A DNA stretch of 55,726 bases, filler included, from Bipalium vagum (taxonomy: Eukaryota), in assembly GCA_037834085.1 (NCBI GenBank). It is 3 parts of 3 records of this genome, joined end to end, with 100 filler letters (N's around TTAATTAATTAA, not from the genome) between each part and the next. Parts side by side here need not be neighbours in the genome. Positions count along the whole stretch, not along the records: positions 37,376 to 55,726 come from JBBMKC010031921.1; 2 more parts are not named here. One strand, written 5' to 3'. This document shows positions 39,661 through 51,200 of this stretch, piece after piece (position 1 is the first letter of the stretch; every line of letters begins with the position of its first letter). A program made the position numbers and the translations under genes. The notes under the pieces are model-generated. The model saw only the letters and a program-made list of their open reading frames with translations. It did no database searches and was not told the DNA's origin.

Positions 39661-40251
39661 ATTGAATATCAATCTGAAAATAATTATATTATAATTATTT
39701 TAATATAATAAATAATAAATAATAATATAATAAATAATAAATAATAATAATTAATATAATTTTTATCAATAAAATACCATCTGAAAAGGTAATTAAAAAT
39801 CTGTTCCTTTCCGAGAAGGACAACACTCAATGGCAAATTTACGGGAAGATTTCACGAAACCCGTAAATGATGCCTTACGCAGCCGTCGGTTCTGAAGCTG
39901 AGGAATGATTTTATTGGATATTAATAATTTTTAATATTTCTCAGTACATTTTTAAAAAATAATAATCAATCAAACAAAAAATAAAATGAAAAATTATTTA
40001 TATTTGGAATCAATCAGGGAGAGATATTTTCATTTCATAAATATAATTTATGTATAATAATAATATATAATAATCATAAAAATATTTTTTCAGAAAATTC
40101 GATAATAACTTTTTATAATGAAAATCCATATTTAACGGAAAAAAGTGGATCACGAAAAAGGTTGAAAGATCCACATTTGATCCCTGAATCAATTTTATTA
40201 AACGAATTTTAAAAAATTAAAAACTTACCGTATTCTTTTGCATAAATAAAC

Positions 40252-40315
40252 AAAAGCAGGATTGCGCCAGTGGTTAACGAATTTTAAAACTTAAAGTTTT
40301 TAAATTTGAAAGTTG

Positions 40316-40350
<35 letters not shown>

Positions 40351-40394
40351 ACTAGTAGTAGTAGTAGTAGACGTAACCAACAAGCTGTGCCTGC
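40252..40394 (-). ncRNA. Vault-RNA-like small RNA, copy 2 (139 nt + T4; microsatellite-expanded centre)
   Basis: 5' GCAGG-CACA-GCTTGT-T-GGTTACGTC ... TTCGT-TAACC-ACTGGC-GCAAT-CCTGC-TTTT. Confidence 0.65.
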
Positions 40395-40703
40395 ATTATA
40401 ATTAAAATTATTTTGTCATATAAGGTCATTTTAAATTTATGCTACTCAGTATTTGTAAGCAGTGTGTAAATATTAAAACATTAGTTAATTAAAACAATTG
40501 ACGTTACTGTTTCAAAACCAAAAAAGATTTATTTTTTAATTGATTAAATAAACTACAAAATCATATTTTATGAGAGGATTTTAGAAAGTGCCCAATAAGG
40601 AATGGGACAAACCTTTAATATCGATTAATAATCCATAAAATGATTCTGTCACATCTCCTTCAGTAATTATATAGAGAAACCTTAGGCTGAAAGTTCTAAT
40701 GGT

Positions 40704-40787
40704 AAAAGCAGGTCTGCGCCAGTGGTTATGAGGTTATTGATTTAACAAGCCAATTTGATACCGATGTAACCAACCAGCTGTGCCTGC
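40704..40787 (-). ncRNA. Vault-RNA-like small RNA, copy 3 (80 nt + T4)
   Basis: 5' GCAGG-CACA-GCTGGT-T-GGTTACATCG ... TAACC-ACTGGC-GCAGA-CCTGC-TTTT. Confidence 0.72.
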
Positions 40788-41279
40788 GTTGAAGTGAATA
40801 AAATGATTGTTTAACTTCTAAATTACTCGTATTACACATTTGTTACTTACATTTGACAGTAACATATTTATCTTGGAAATTTAATTCTGTATTCAAATTA
40901 TTATTATATAATAATATTATTATGTGATAATATAATAATGAAGTTTTTTATATTAGTAAATTTGATATTGCATAATGAAAATTTGTTTTTATTTAGAACG
41001 ATTTTAAAATTGAAAAAATACGAAACCGTTCATTTATCGATTATGAAAAAAAGTCGTTAAATATTTTATTTGGAAATATTAATTAAGAATTTTATTATTT
41101 ATTTATTTATTGAAGTTTAATGCCAGTCTTAGGAAATGATAGATTATGTGATGCAATTATTGATGTCATTATTCAAGCTTTATGTGGTTAATTAAGAAGG
41201 CCGTTAGCAATTATAGAGAAACAGGTTCAAGAATTTGGTGACGTTACAACGTTACCAGCGATTAAATTAATAATATTAT

Positions 41280-42292
41280 TGTTTTTATATGACTTTCCCC
41301 ATTTCAACGTCTTTCGAATACATCAATCACAAACTTTCGATTATAAATTTTTATTGATTTGTTATGTGGACGACAATTTATCTACTGTAACAATGCACGT
41401 TTTCTGTATATTAGAGCTGGGTATTTGGCCGCAAGGTTTTCATACATACCTTGAATCTGCTCAACATAAAACTGGACAGTTATTGTACGTCCATTTGGAA
41501 CCAACTCAAAGTGTATTTGGCCATCCTTATACCACCAAACGCACAATAAAACGTTGGGTTAAAATCGCTGGCGTTTGGAAATCGGGATAAGAGTCTGATT
41601 AGAGCTTAACCACTGATTTCTCAAGTATAGATTCCGGAAGTACACCCATTTCTCTAACAAGTAACGATGGTTGTTAGAAATCGTTCATTATTTAGATAGA
41701 GAAGGAGTTGTTCACACATTTGCAAACGTTTTTCCGCTTGTTTCCGTAATCAAATCATACGGTACAACTTTGCATCCACTATTTCTTCTGCCATGAGATA
41801 GGAGTTTGTGGTGTACTGAAGATTTCGGAATTTGAACTTCACCTGAAAGTCTTCTGATACTGGTACAAGGATTTTCATATAAAGAATGCATAATTTCTTG
41901 GGAATAAAATGTTGAGGGTCTTCCAGAACGTGACTCATCATTAAGATCCGCATTGCCCGAATTGAATCTTTTAAGCTATTTGTTAGCTTTTAGTGACGAA
42001 TTTGTCTTCTTCAAGTTCACATATTTCAACTGCAGCAGATTGAGCACTGAAATCTTTTTTCCAATGAGGAGTAAAATGATACGAACAGTATATTTCTTAC
42101 CAACTTCATTCATATTACTCTGTAATACTAAGAAAAAGTATTAGATCAATATATTTTATTTCTGGCACATCACTTGTTGTGTGTCTTTTCAAAATAGTTG
42201 TAAATAAGTTCAATTTATTGGGCTATTTAAATAATTTACCTTTAAATATTACGATTTCAAAAAGTGATCACGAACCTATAGAAAACTCTAAT
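41280..42292 (-). mobile_element. Decayed mariner element
   Basis: KRFNSGNADLNDESRSGRP; VVPYDL (WVPHEL-like); VLLCVWW..IHFELVPNGRTIT..LAAKYPALIYRKRALLQ; TIR-like TATTAGAGTTTTCTATAGG at ~42292. Confidence 0.8.
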
Positions 42293-44299
42293 ACTTTTTA
42301 TTGGTGAGGCCATTTTTTTTCGTTGGGTGTATTAAAAGGGCACCTTCAGAAATTATACATTCTTTATATATAATGACAATATTTTATACTCCTGTTACCA
42401 AGAATTTTTAACATTTTTTCCTGCCTTTATTTAATTCTTCCCATTGTGTTTTCAAAAAAATATATCTTTGGTCATACACGTTATTTACAATTTTTCTCAT
42501 TGTTTCAAGCGTTGGGTTTCATTGTAATTGCTCTACATGATGTTGATCCTGGTTCATTTTTTGATTAACAGCATCTTTACTATGGGTATTATCTGCATTA
42601 TCCAAAGTGTAACGTTTGAAAACAAATTCAGTCTATGCCTATTTGAGCACAGTCGATTTTACCGCCCTGGGTTTGATATTGTCATTTATTTACCATCTTT
42701 CCTACTTCTTGCAAAAGAAAATCTTCTAGAAAAAAAATGTTCAGAATGCTTTATGTGAATTTATCGATTCCAGGAGACCGGATGTCGACATCTTTGGAAT
42801 AAATTAAATGTTATTTAGCATTGGCAGAAATGTGTTGCTTGTCATGGATCTTATTTCGATTAAAACGTGTCTGAGATTTTTAATGATACAATAGTCTTTT
42901 GAAAACTCCTGGAGTTTCTTTCAAACATGATATGATAACCCGATTCCTTATTTTTGTTGAATCTACTCTCCCATTAACAATTTGTAACAAGGTTATGACT
43001 GTAGAACCAAACGTTATCTTTAAACTAGTTAAAGATTTCATTTTATAGTATAATACTTTACCACAGTTCAAGAGTGAACTGGTGAACCCTTAGGTTGCTG
43101 GTATTTCTAACTGGTCCTTTTGTAACCAATCTTTGTTAACTATGTACAAGAAGAACTTTCTGATGTAAATCAATGGCGAAATTCGATTTAATTTTCATGA
43201 ATGAAAAATGTGATGATATTTATTCATGGGTTAGTTTTACTAAACAAAAAGTTTAATCCGGAAATCATAATGGACACAAATCTACGATCATATTATTATT
43301 TATCAGTTTTCGAAAATACGTGCTATTTTATAACTATACAAAATGGTAAATGAATTTATTTGGCGAAGAGTGACATCCAAAGTGACATTCCTCAGGAAGT
43401 ACCAGTCGTCAAAAAAAGACACGTTAGAATCCGGTATTTATCATTGTTGACCTTATACGTGATTTGTATTACAATTTAATTGATCGATTAATTGATTAAT
43501 CTATTGATTAGTTACTGATAGATGATTTGATTATTTAAATGAAAAATGAAGTAATAACAATGTGATAACCTTGTAATAATCTTACAATTCCCCTACCTTG
43601 GAGGATTAATATTTTTTAATGATAATATGTTACATTAGAGGGTGAGTAAAAACATTTGGCGAAAATGATAAACCAGAACTTTTAGTGTTATAATAAATTG
43701 ATTTTATGTATTTAATTTATTGGATTATTTCTTATTTTTGTACATTATAAATTTTAGACTATCGGAGCATAGGAAATCAATTTTTCCATAATTTATTAAA
43801 TGCTACAAAATCAATTGTGCTCTATGCCTACGTTTTAAAGAAACTTTAATTAATGAACTCGGAAGTAGAAGGCCTAAAATGACAAGAAATAGGGGAGGAG
43901 CAGACTTTTCCAAACTTCCAAAATCCTAAAGATTTTATTATTATCACTGCCTAAATCAATAAAATATTTTAATTTTTAGTCTTTTCAAAAGAGGAGTAGA
44001 ATAAGATGAAACTAAAGTGATTGGTGAGCGATAAATGATCCTTCTACCATTCAGTTTCTAATTAAGAAAGATGGCCATTTAACTATATATGAAATAGTTG
44101 AGCAAAGGTGAACTTCCTTTTACAGTTCAACATATTTTCAACTATCGCGAATAATTTGAAATCGTACAATTATACAATACCATGTCAGACATGAAACGAA
44201 GAATCCGGTCAGCTCTCATTTTAAATCAAAAGATCAAAGAAACACTTTGTCAAAAGTCCTAGGAGCTGAAGAAAAACAACTGGAAATATGTAAGTTTTT

Positions 44300-44990
44300 A
44301 TTCTGTTCGAATGAGAAGACCAGCTATCATCAAAGTGACTTGATTGATTGATTAAGAGATTTGTGTGAAAACAGGTTCAGAATAACTAATACCATAAAAC
44401 GACCAAACTCAATTAAAGCCGATTTTTACATCGTAAATGTGAAACAACTTGACACGAAAAGTGCTCATAATTTACGATTTTTTTATTTATACAAAGTGAA
44501 AATATTTACTGTTTTGTTTTCAAAAGACTTTCACATACTTTGACCAAAAACGAGCACTGATCATGGAGAAGTGTTTTGATTACCTGTTACTAGATTTTTA
44601 AACAAGGTTGAAACTTTGCCGCGAAGAGACGGAAGTAAATGGCTCTTCTACATGAATAATATATACTGTTTTCAAAAGAATTTACACCAGTTGATAAAAT
44701 ACCAAACTATGATCAAGGAAAAGTAATTTGATTGGCTCTTTAATAAAGCCGTGTCAACATAATTATAAGGATCATAAACACAATTGAACTTTCAAACTAA
44801 AGCTGTTTTTTACAAAAACCATTTTGAAACTTTGTTACCAAAATAAATTACACCAGAAAAGTGTTGCACTGCTTTATTTTTTTCAAGACTTTCACTCAAA
44901 TTGACTGAACACAAGACCAGTGATCACGGAGACGTAATTTGATTGGCTGTCAGGAGATTTTGGAAAATTGTGAAAGCGAAAAATAGGAAC
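44300..44990. repeat. Degenerate tandem array, 3-4 units of ~150-235 bp
   Basis: Recurrent block CAA(A)AGA.TTT.AC...TGATCA.GGA.A...TTTGATT(GG/AC)CT at ~44520-44590, ~44670-44740 and ~44885-44950; partial unit at ~44315-44350. Confidence 0.6.
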
Positions 44991-45246
44991 CAAGTCTTAA
45001 TTCTCATAATATATATTATATTATTCAACAAGTGTTACAATCTAAGAATAACAGAACATTTGTCCACAAAGAAAAGCACAACGGTAGACACCATCGATCG
45101 AATGGACCCCGTGCTTTCACAGTCCACAAACATTCATATCACAACAAATGATCGATTTATTCAAAGAGCAAAGCAAAAAACATGTTAAATGATCAATGAA
45201 TGATTATATTGGTAAATAATCGATGGTCGGTCGGTCAATCGATCGA

Positions 45247-48200
45247 TCAAAATTGAGGATAGAGCTGGTTCGGGTGGTTCGACATATTTTGAGGCTGGAA
45301 TGGAACGAAGTTCGAGTTTGAGTTCTGATAAAGAAACGGGTTTTGCTGGATCATCTGCTGTTGTGCAAACGGTGGTATTATTGATTGATTGCTCATGGTT
45401 GGATTGTACACCGAATTGGAACCGAATGCCGGTTGCATTTGATTTAAGTAAGACTGAAAATGAAGAAGAGATCACATTGGAAACAGTTGAAAAATCAAAT
45501 TAAATATATAGAAAATTGATACTCACATAATCAATGATAACCTCAATTTATTTACATTTTTAAGACATAAAAATCGATTGTACAATAAAAAAATCAATAA
45601 TTAATGACGATCAATTGATTGGCGATCAACTTGCCGTATGGACAGGAGATAATTAAAAAATAATTATCATTTTAACTAAAATAAAAAATTGATACTCAAT
45701 TTTGTTATATTGATTTTAAAAATTATTTGGAAGGTTCACTAAGCAGCTTCTAATTTAGTGGTACAATTGACAGATAAGTAGGTGTTCCTTACACTCAAAT
45801 TCATTGTAAATTGAAAAAATGATTTAAAACAATGAATTATAAAGAAATAATGGATTCTGTGAAAATAGAAGTTATAAAATTGGCCCATGTTGTCAATTAC
45901 AAAAGAATAATATATTAAGATACTTATTCATTTATCGTAATAATGATAATAATAATAATAATAATAATTTTATTTAAAGTCATTGATATATTGATTTTTA
46001 TTATGATTGACTGAAAATGAAATATTTATTATATATTAAGAAAAGATTTTTCTTCTGATAATTTTGTATGGACGTTCTGGAAATTAATTCCACTTCAAAG
46101 TTAATATATTATCAACATATTTTTTCGCCATTGAAATTTGGTCCTCAGTTCGATAAATGATAATTTCATTTGAAAATATTAAACGAAAATACAAATGACA
46201 TTAGTTATTTTTCCAAAAGAAAATGTTTTCAGCCAATGTTTTATTTATGGTTATTGATTATTCAATTATTTTCCAATTTCCTGTGGGTGAAAAGTGAAAA
46301 ATTAAATTAAAAAAAGATTAATTAGTTTCATTGACATTTAACAAGATAAATATTTCTATTTTCGATATTTTATCGTTTTAAACCCAACCATTGCACAAAA
46401 ATTGGCTTTAATGATAACAAACAGTGAATTTTTATAAAGATTTATTTTTGTTTCACAGAAAGTTTTGAAAAAATCATGTTCTTTTCAATTAATAATTATG
46501 CTAAAATTAATAAATAAAAATCTAATTTAAGAAAAAAGAAAATAATATTAGTTACAAAAATTAAAAAAAATGTCGAGTGATTAGCCCACTCGATAAATTG
46601 AAAATAGATAAGAGGAATTTTATATATGAACAATTTAAAATATTGATATCGATTTTCAATTAAGAGAAGCGGATTTTCCTCAAGTGGATACTAGAAAATC
46701 CGAATCTCCCAAGATAAACACAATCACCAGTCCTCAAAATCACTGAAGTTTTCGGGATCATAAAAATAACAAGTTAAAATTCCTTTTGCAATTGTTGAAG
46801 AATAAATATACTATTGTCAATTTATTTTTTTAAAAAAATCAAAGACTTAAAGAACTCACTGAAACATTTTTTTCCAAATTTGAATCAAAGAGACTGAAAT
46901 TTCAATTTTTCTTCTTAAATAATAATTATTTTGTTGATTATAAATATATACATTTGTAAAAATCCACGTCGTTCCATAAATATTATACTTTCTTATTTTA
47001 ATCTCGTTTAATTATAAAGACAAATTTTTCAAGTCCATTTTTGCAGGTGAAATTAAACGAAGATTTTCCCATTCCCACGATATAATCAATTAATGCGAAC
47101 ACATCCACCACCTACAAGATGACCGTGTCTTTCTTTGCAGAATTTTTTCTCCCGTACCCTCTCAGTCAATAAGTACATAGATTCAAAAATAGATGACTGA
47201 AAAATATTAAAAATGTCCCTACAGAAAACCATGTCGGATGAAAACTGGTTCATAAATGAATATTTCAATAATTACCTCTAAACATTGAAAAACCAGAAAA
47301 ATAGAAAATACCATCTATGCACTTATCTAAAACTAAGTCAGTGATTTTTCTTAACAGTATTGTTGACTTATGGAATAAATGTTGTCCTTGTTGATTATTC
47401 AATATTTCAAAAACTCAGTTTGAGACAGACAATTATTCTTAAACCTTATAATAATAATAACTCAAACAGATACGGTCAAACCTGTTCAAGTTTTAGAACG
47501 GCCAATATTAATGGCTTGTGTCGAAATCTTCTTTGATATAGAACTTTCCATGTGTATGTTGAATATTCTTTTATGTGAAAAAAAACAGAACATTACATTG
47601 GTCCCATGATATTCAACTTTAACGGTTTGACTGTATTAACTAACGAAAATGCAACGATTTCCACATGGAATTTGTAAAACTATCAAATCAATTTCAGATT
47701 ATTTTTATGAGGATTTTTGCACAGTAGTGATAGACAAATATCAAAGTGCCATTCAACAATTTTCAGAATTCTTTCCAACGATTACTTATTTTGATAAAAA
47801 GTTTCTCAAAGGTCATCGATTAATTTCAATTGATTACTGGCTCAATTAATAAAATTATCAAATTAAATTTCTTCAATAAGAATCAGGTGTCAAAGATTGA
47901 AATAGTTATCCAAAATCAATTCACAACCGTTAATAATTAAATAAATTTTTAAATTAGAAAAATTTACAAATTTGACCCATTAAAGTACACGTGTGAAATC
48001 AGAGATCTTTGGCAATTTAGTTTAGTTAGTAAATATTCAATTCAAATAAATTTTTAGAAATTTGACTATTGATTAATTGTAAAGTAAATGAATATTCAAT
48101 CTTAACAGAAATCGATTTTTTTTAAAATGTGCCGGAAATAATACGTTTAGACTATTATGAAAATGGTAATGAGTTTAATCATTATTACAATTTACAATGA

Positions 48201-51200
48201 ATTATTCGTTTAAAAGAACTATCAAGGCTTACGAGGACAGGTGAATTAATTTCGGTCAAAATCGATTTAAGATTACTATGCCATACATTACAATTAATAG
48301 ACTTGTTAAGTGTCTGATAAAATTAAAATGATAAAATAATGACATAAAATAATAAAATCTTCGAAAAAATTCACAAAAAACCGTACATGATTAAAACCTG
48401 AACCCATTGGCATGTATTGCATAGGTGTTACTTGATTCCCAAAGACCCCGCCAACGGACATTGGCTGCACTGGAATCTGTCAAAAATGTTTTTCAACAAA
48501 ACCAGAAAAAAATTTCCATTCAATCAAAAGTACACCACGGTGAATTTCCATTTTAACTATTCAAAAGTGAATCAAATCGATATTTTCTATTTATTATTAT
48601 TATTATTGTTGTTGTTATTATTATTTATTATTATTGTTATTATTATTATCATATTAAAAAGTTTTTTGAACAAAATTAATAATTTTAATAAATTTATTTA
48701 TCAGATAAAATCGTAATAAATTAAAATAAATGATCGATTTTTTATTAGATAAATCAAAAAATTTTATTTCAAGAAATTTGTCGAAATCTGATAAAATATT
48801 TTCTAAAAATCGATATCATTCTTAAATAAAAATTGATCGTGGACATTTTACAAAATCAAAATTGACTAGAGAAACATTTTTTTGAAAAATTAATTTAAAT
48901 TATCAAATCATTCTCATCGAAATTTAACTTTGATAAGCATACATCAGAATTAAAATAATATTACGTAATTATTCGAACTTTTGCCTTCTTTATTGGAAAT
49001 TTTAGAAACTGTAACTAATGAACAGATTTACCATACGAACTGACTCTTCTATTTTATTAAGAAACCAAGGCAACCAATGACGTCTATGAAAGTATCTGAC
49101 CAAACACGTGCTTATATTATTATCGATATTCAAATAACACAATTGACGCTTTGATACGGTTCACTTAATCCTTTAAGTTATTCTTCTGACATCCGTAAAA
49201 AATATAAAAGATCCATGATGAAAAATTTATCTTTTATCAGCGAAATCGATTTTTTAAAAATTAATATATGTAGAAAAATTAAAATTGCCAAGTGAGTTTT
49301 TGAAATAATCAAAAACTGATTTTATGTTAATTAAATCCAATAATAAAATAATTTCATTCCAATTTTTATTAAGTAAACACACAAAATTGATAAAAATAAT
49401 ACAATTGCAAATTAGATGGATTACGTGATCACTTAAGATTGCCCACCATAGTGATTGGATGTGATAAAAATCAATTTGATAATAATTTCATTCTTATTTT
49501 AATTTTGAAGACTGATATAGTAAAATAATGGTCCTTAAAATTCAACAAATAATTTAGAAATGTCCATTCTAATTGAAATGTGTTTGTTTGAATATGTAAT
49601 TTATTAATTGATTCATTTATTTATTATGAATGATAAATTTAATTGACCAAAAATGTTGGATTTCCTGCTTTAGTCGAGAGATGATGTGCATGTTTCTTGA
49701 TTTCAATAGAGACTATTGCAGCACAACCACAACCAGTGGTAATATGTTTGGATATTGTTAAACATGGTAACCAGAGAAGTGATTTTAGTTTTTCTAAAGG
49801 GAGAAAGAGATGGTGACCAAATATTCAAAATCAATGTCAATTATTGACTTTTATTCTCAGTAAATTATATAGCCTGGTTTTAAAGTTTATCATAACCACG
49901 TAACCTTGGAGAACCTGATGCAGTCGGATAGGCTCATAGGCGTGATGTATTTAAGCAATCGTATTTATAAATAAGCCTTATAAGTATAAGTTTAAGCCGG
50001 GATCATAATAATTTGAGTGTGAAGACTAGATAATTTCATTTTATCTTCAAATTGAAGTAAAAAATCACATTAATAAATCAATAAAACTGGATAAAAATTA
50101 AAATGAACAAAACAAAAAAAGAATTTCCAAATCAAAAAGTTAAAAATAATTAAATTTTTAGAGAATTTTCTAAAGTATTTTTATACACTTTTTGATGTAG
50201 ATAAAATAAACTTAAAGTTTCGGAAAAAAATGTAATAAAATCGATAGATTTCATCGATTTAAAATCTTTAGATAAATCTTTTCAATGTACCGAGAAATAA
50301 TTAACGAAGCATAAATTATGTTGGAATTACGACACAACATTAATTTATGAAATCAGTAAATCACAATTTTTAATAAACATAACGAATGGCACAACAATTA
50401 CTTGAGAGGAATTTGCCACCGAACTGGTGTTGTTGTTGTTAGAAGCGTTCCAATTGATATTGTTCGATTTTGTTTGGCTGTTATTGAACACCTGTCACAA
50501 ATTGATATATACAGAGAAAATCATTACAACAATCGAAAGGAACAAATTACAGTTTTATCCGAAGAATTTCCCCAATTAACAGAAGTCACATTATTCAGAT
50601 GACTCCGAGCACCTGGGCCAATACTGAAATTACCAACCAATGAAGCCAATTTATCATCCAATGTCATGGGCTGAGTTGTTTCAACTGGTTTGACAGGTTG
50701 GTAAGCAATTGTGGTGACAGTTGGACCGTTGACATCTGATAGATAATTTTTATCAAATATAGCATATGGGGGGAACGGGCTTTTATGATTGTTTAACATA
50801 ACATGTACAGTATTTTATAGCACAAGCGTAAGAGAAAAAACAGGTCAACAAAAGCCCAATATCATTTATAAATCAAAAAAATGGATAAGATAATAATTAA
50901 TAACAAAAATCCATTAAAAATGAAATCAATCGACATTTGGGAGAAATTTGCAATCTCGTGGGAATGGATATGTATATCTTTTCCTCAATTATAAACATTT
51001 CACATTGATAATATCAATTTTTGATTATGTTATTAGAAGAAAAAATGTAAAAATAAATTAAGAAAATAACAGACGCAGAACGAAAATCGAGATCTAAATA
51101 TTAATGTGTATTGCCAATTTATTTTAGATGTGTCAATTGTTATTGATGTTGGAATTTATTAATTATTAATTCAATTAACTGACACAAACAAAAATGCTCT

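Noticed and set aside
40704-40787. SECIS-like ATGA-N12-AA-N17-GA pattern on the + strand
   Set aside because: Absent from the other two copies. Pairing and the oligo-T terminator favour the minus strand, and no selenoprotein ORF is seen upstream.
39563-40787. tRNA, miRNA, MITE or CRISPR reading of the three repeats
   Set aside because: No cloverleaf or T-loop; arms are interrupted by conserved internal loops; no TSDs; not a regular repeat-spacer array. Y/sbRNA remains a weaker alternative because the GUCCG/UUGAC Ro-binding stem is missing.
48417-48716. 99-aa hydrophobic membrane ORF
   Set aside because: The Leu/Ile run is a translated (TTA/TTG)n microsatellite antisense to the PICALM-like exon and intron.
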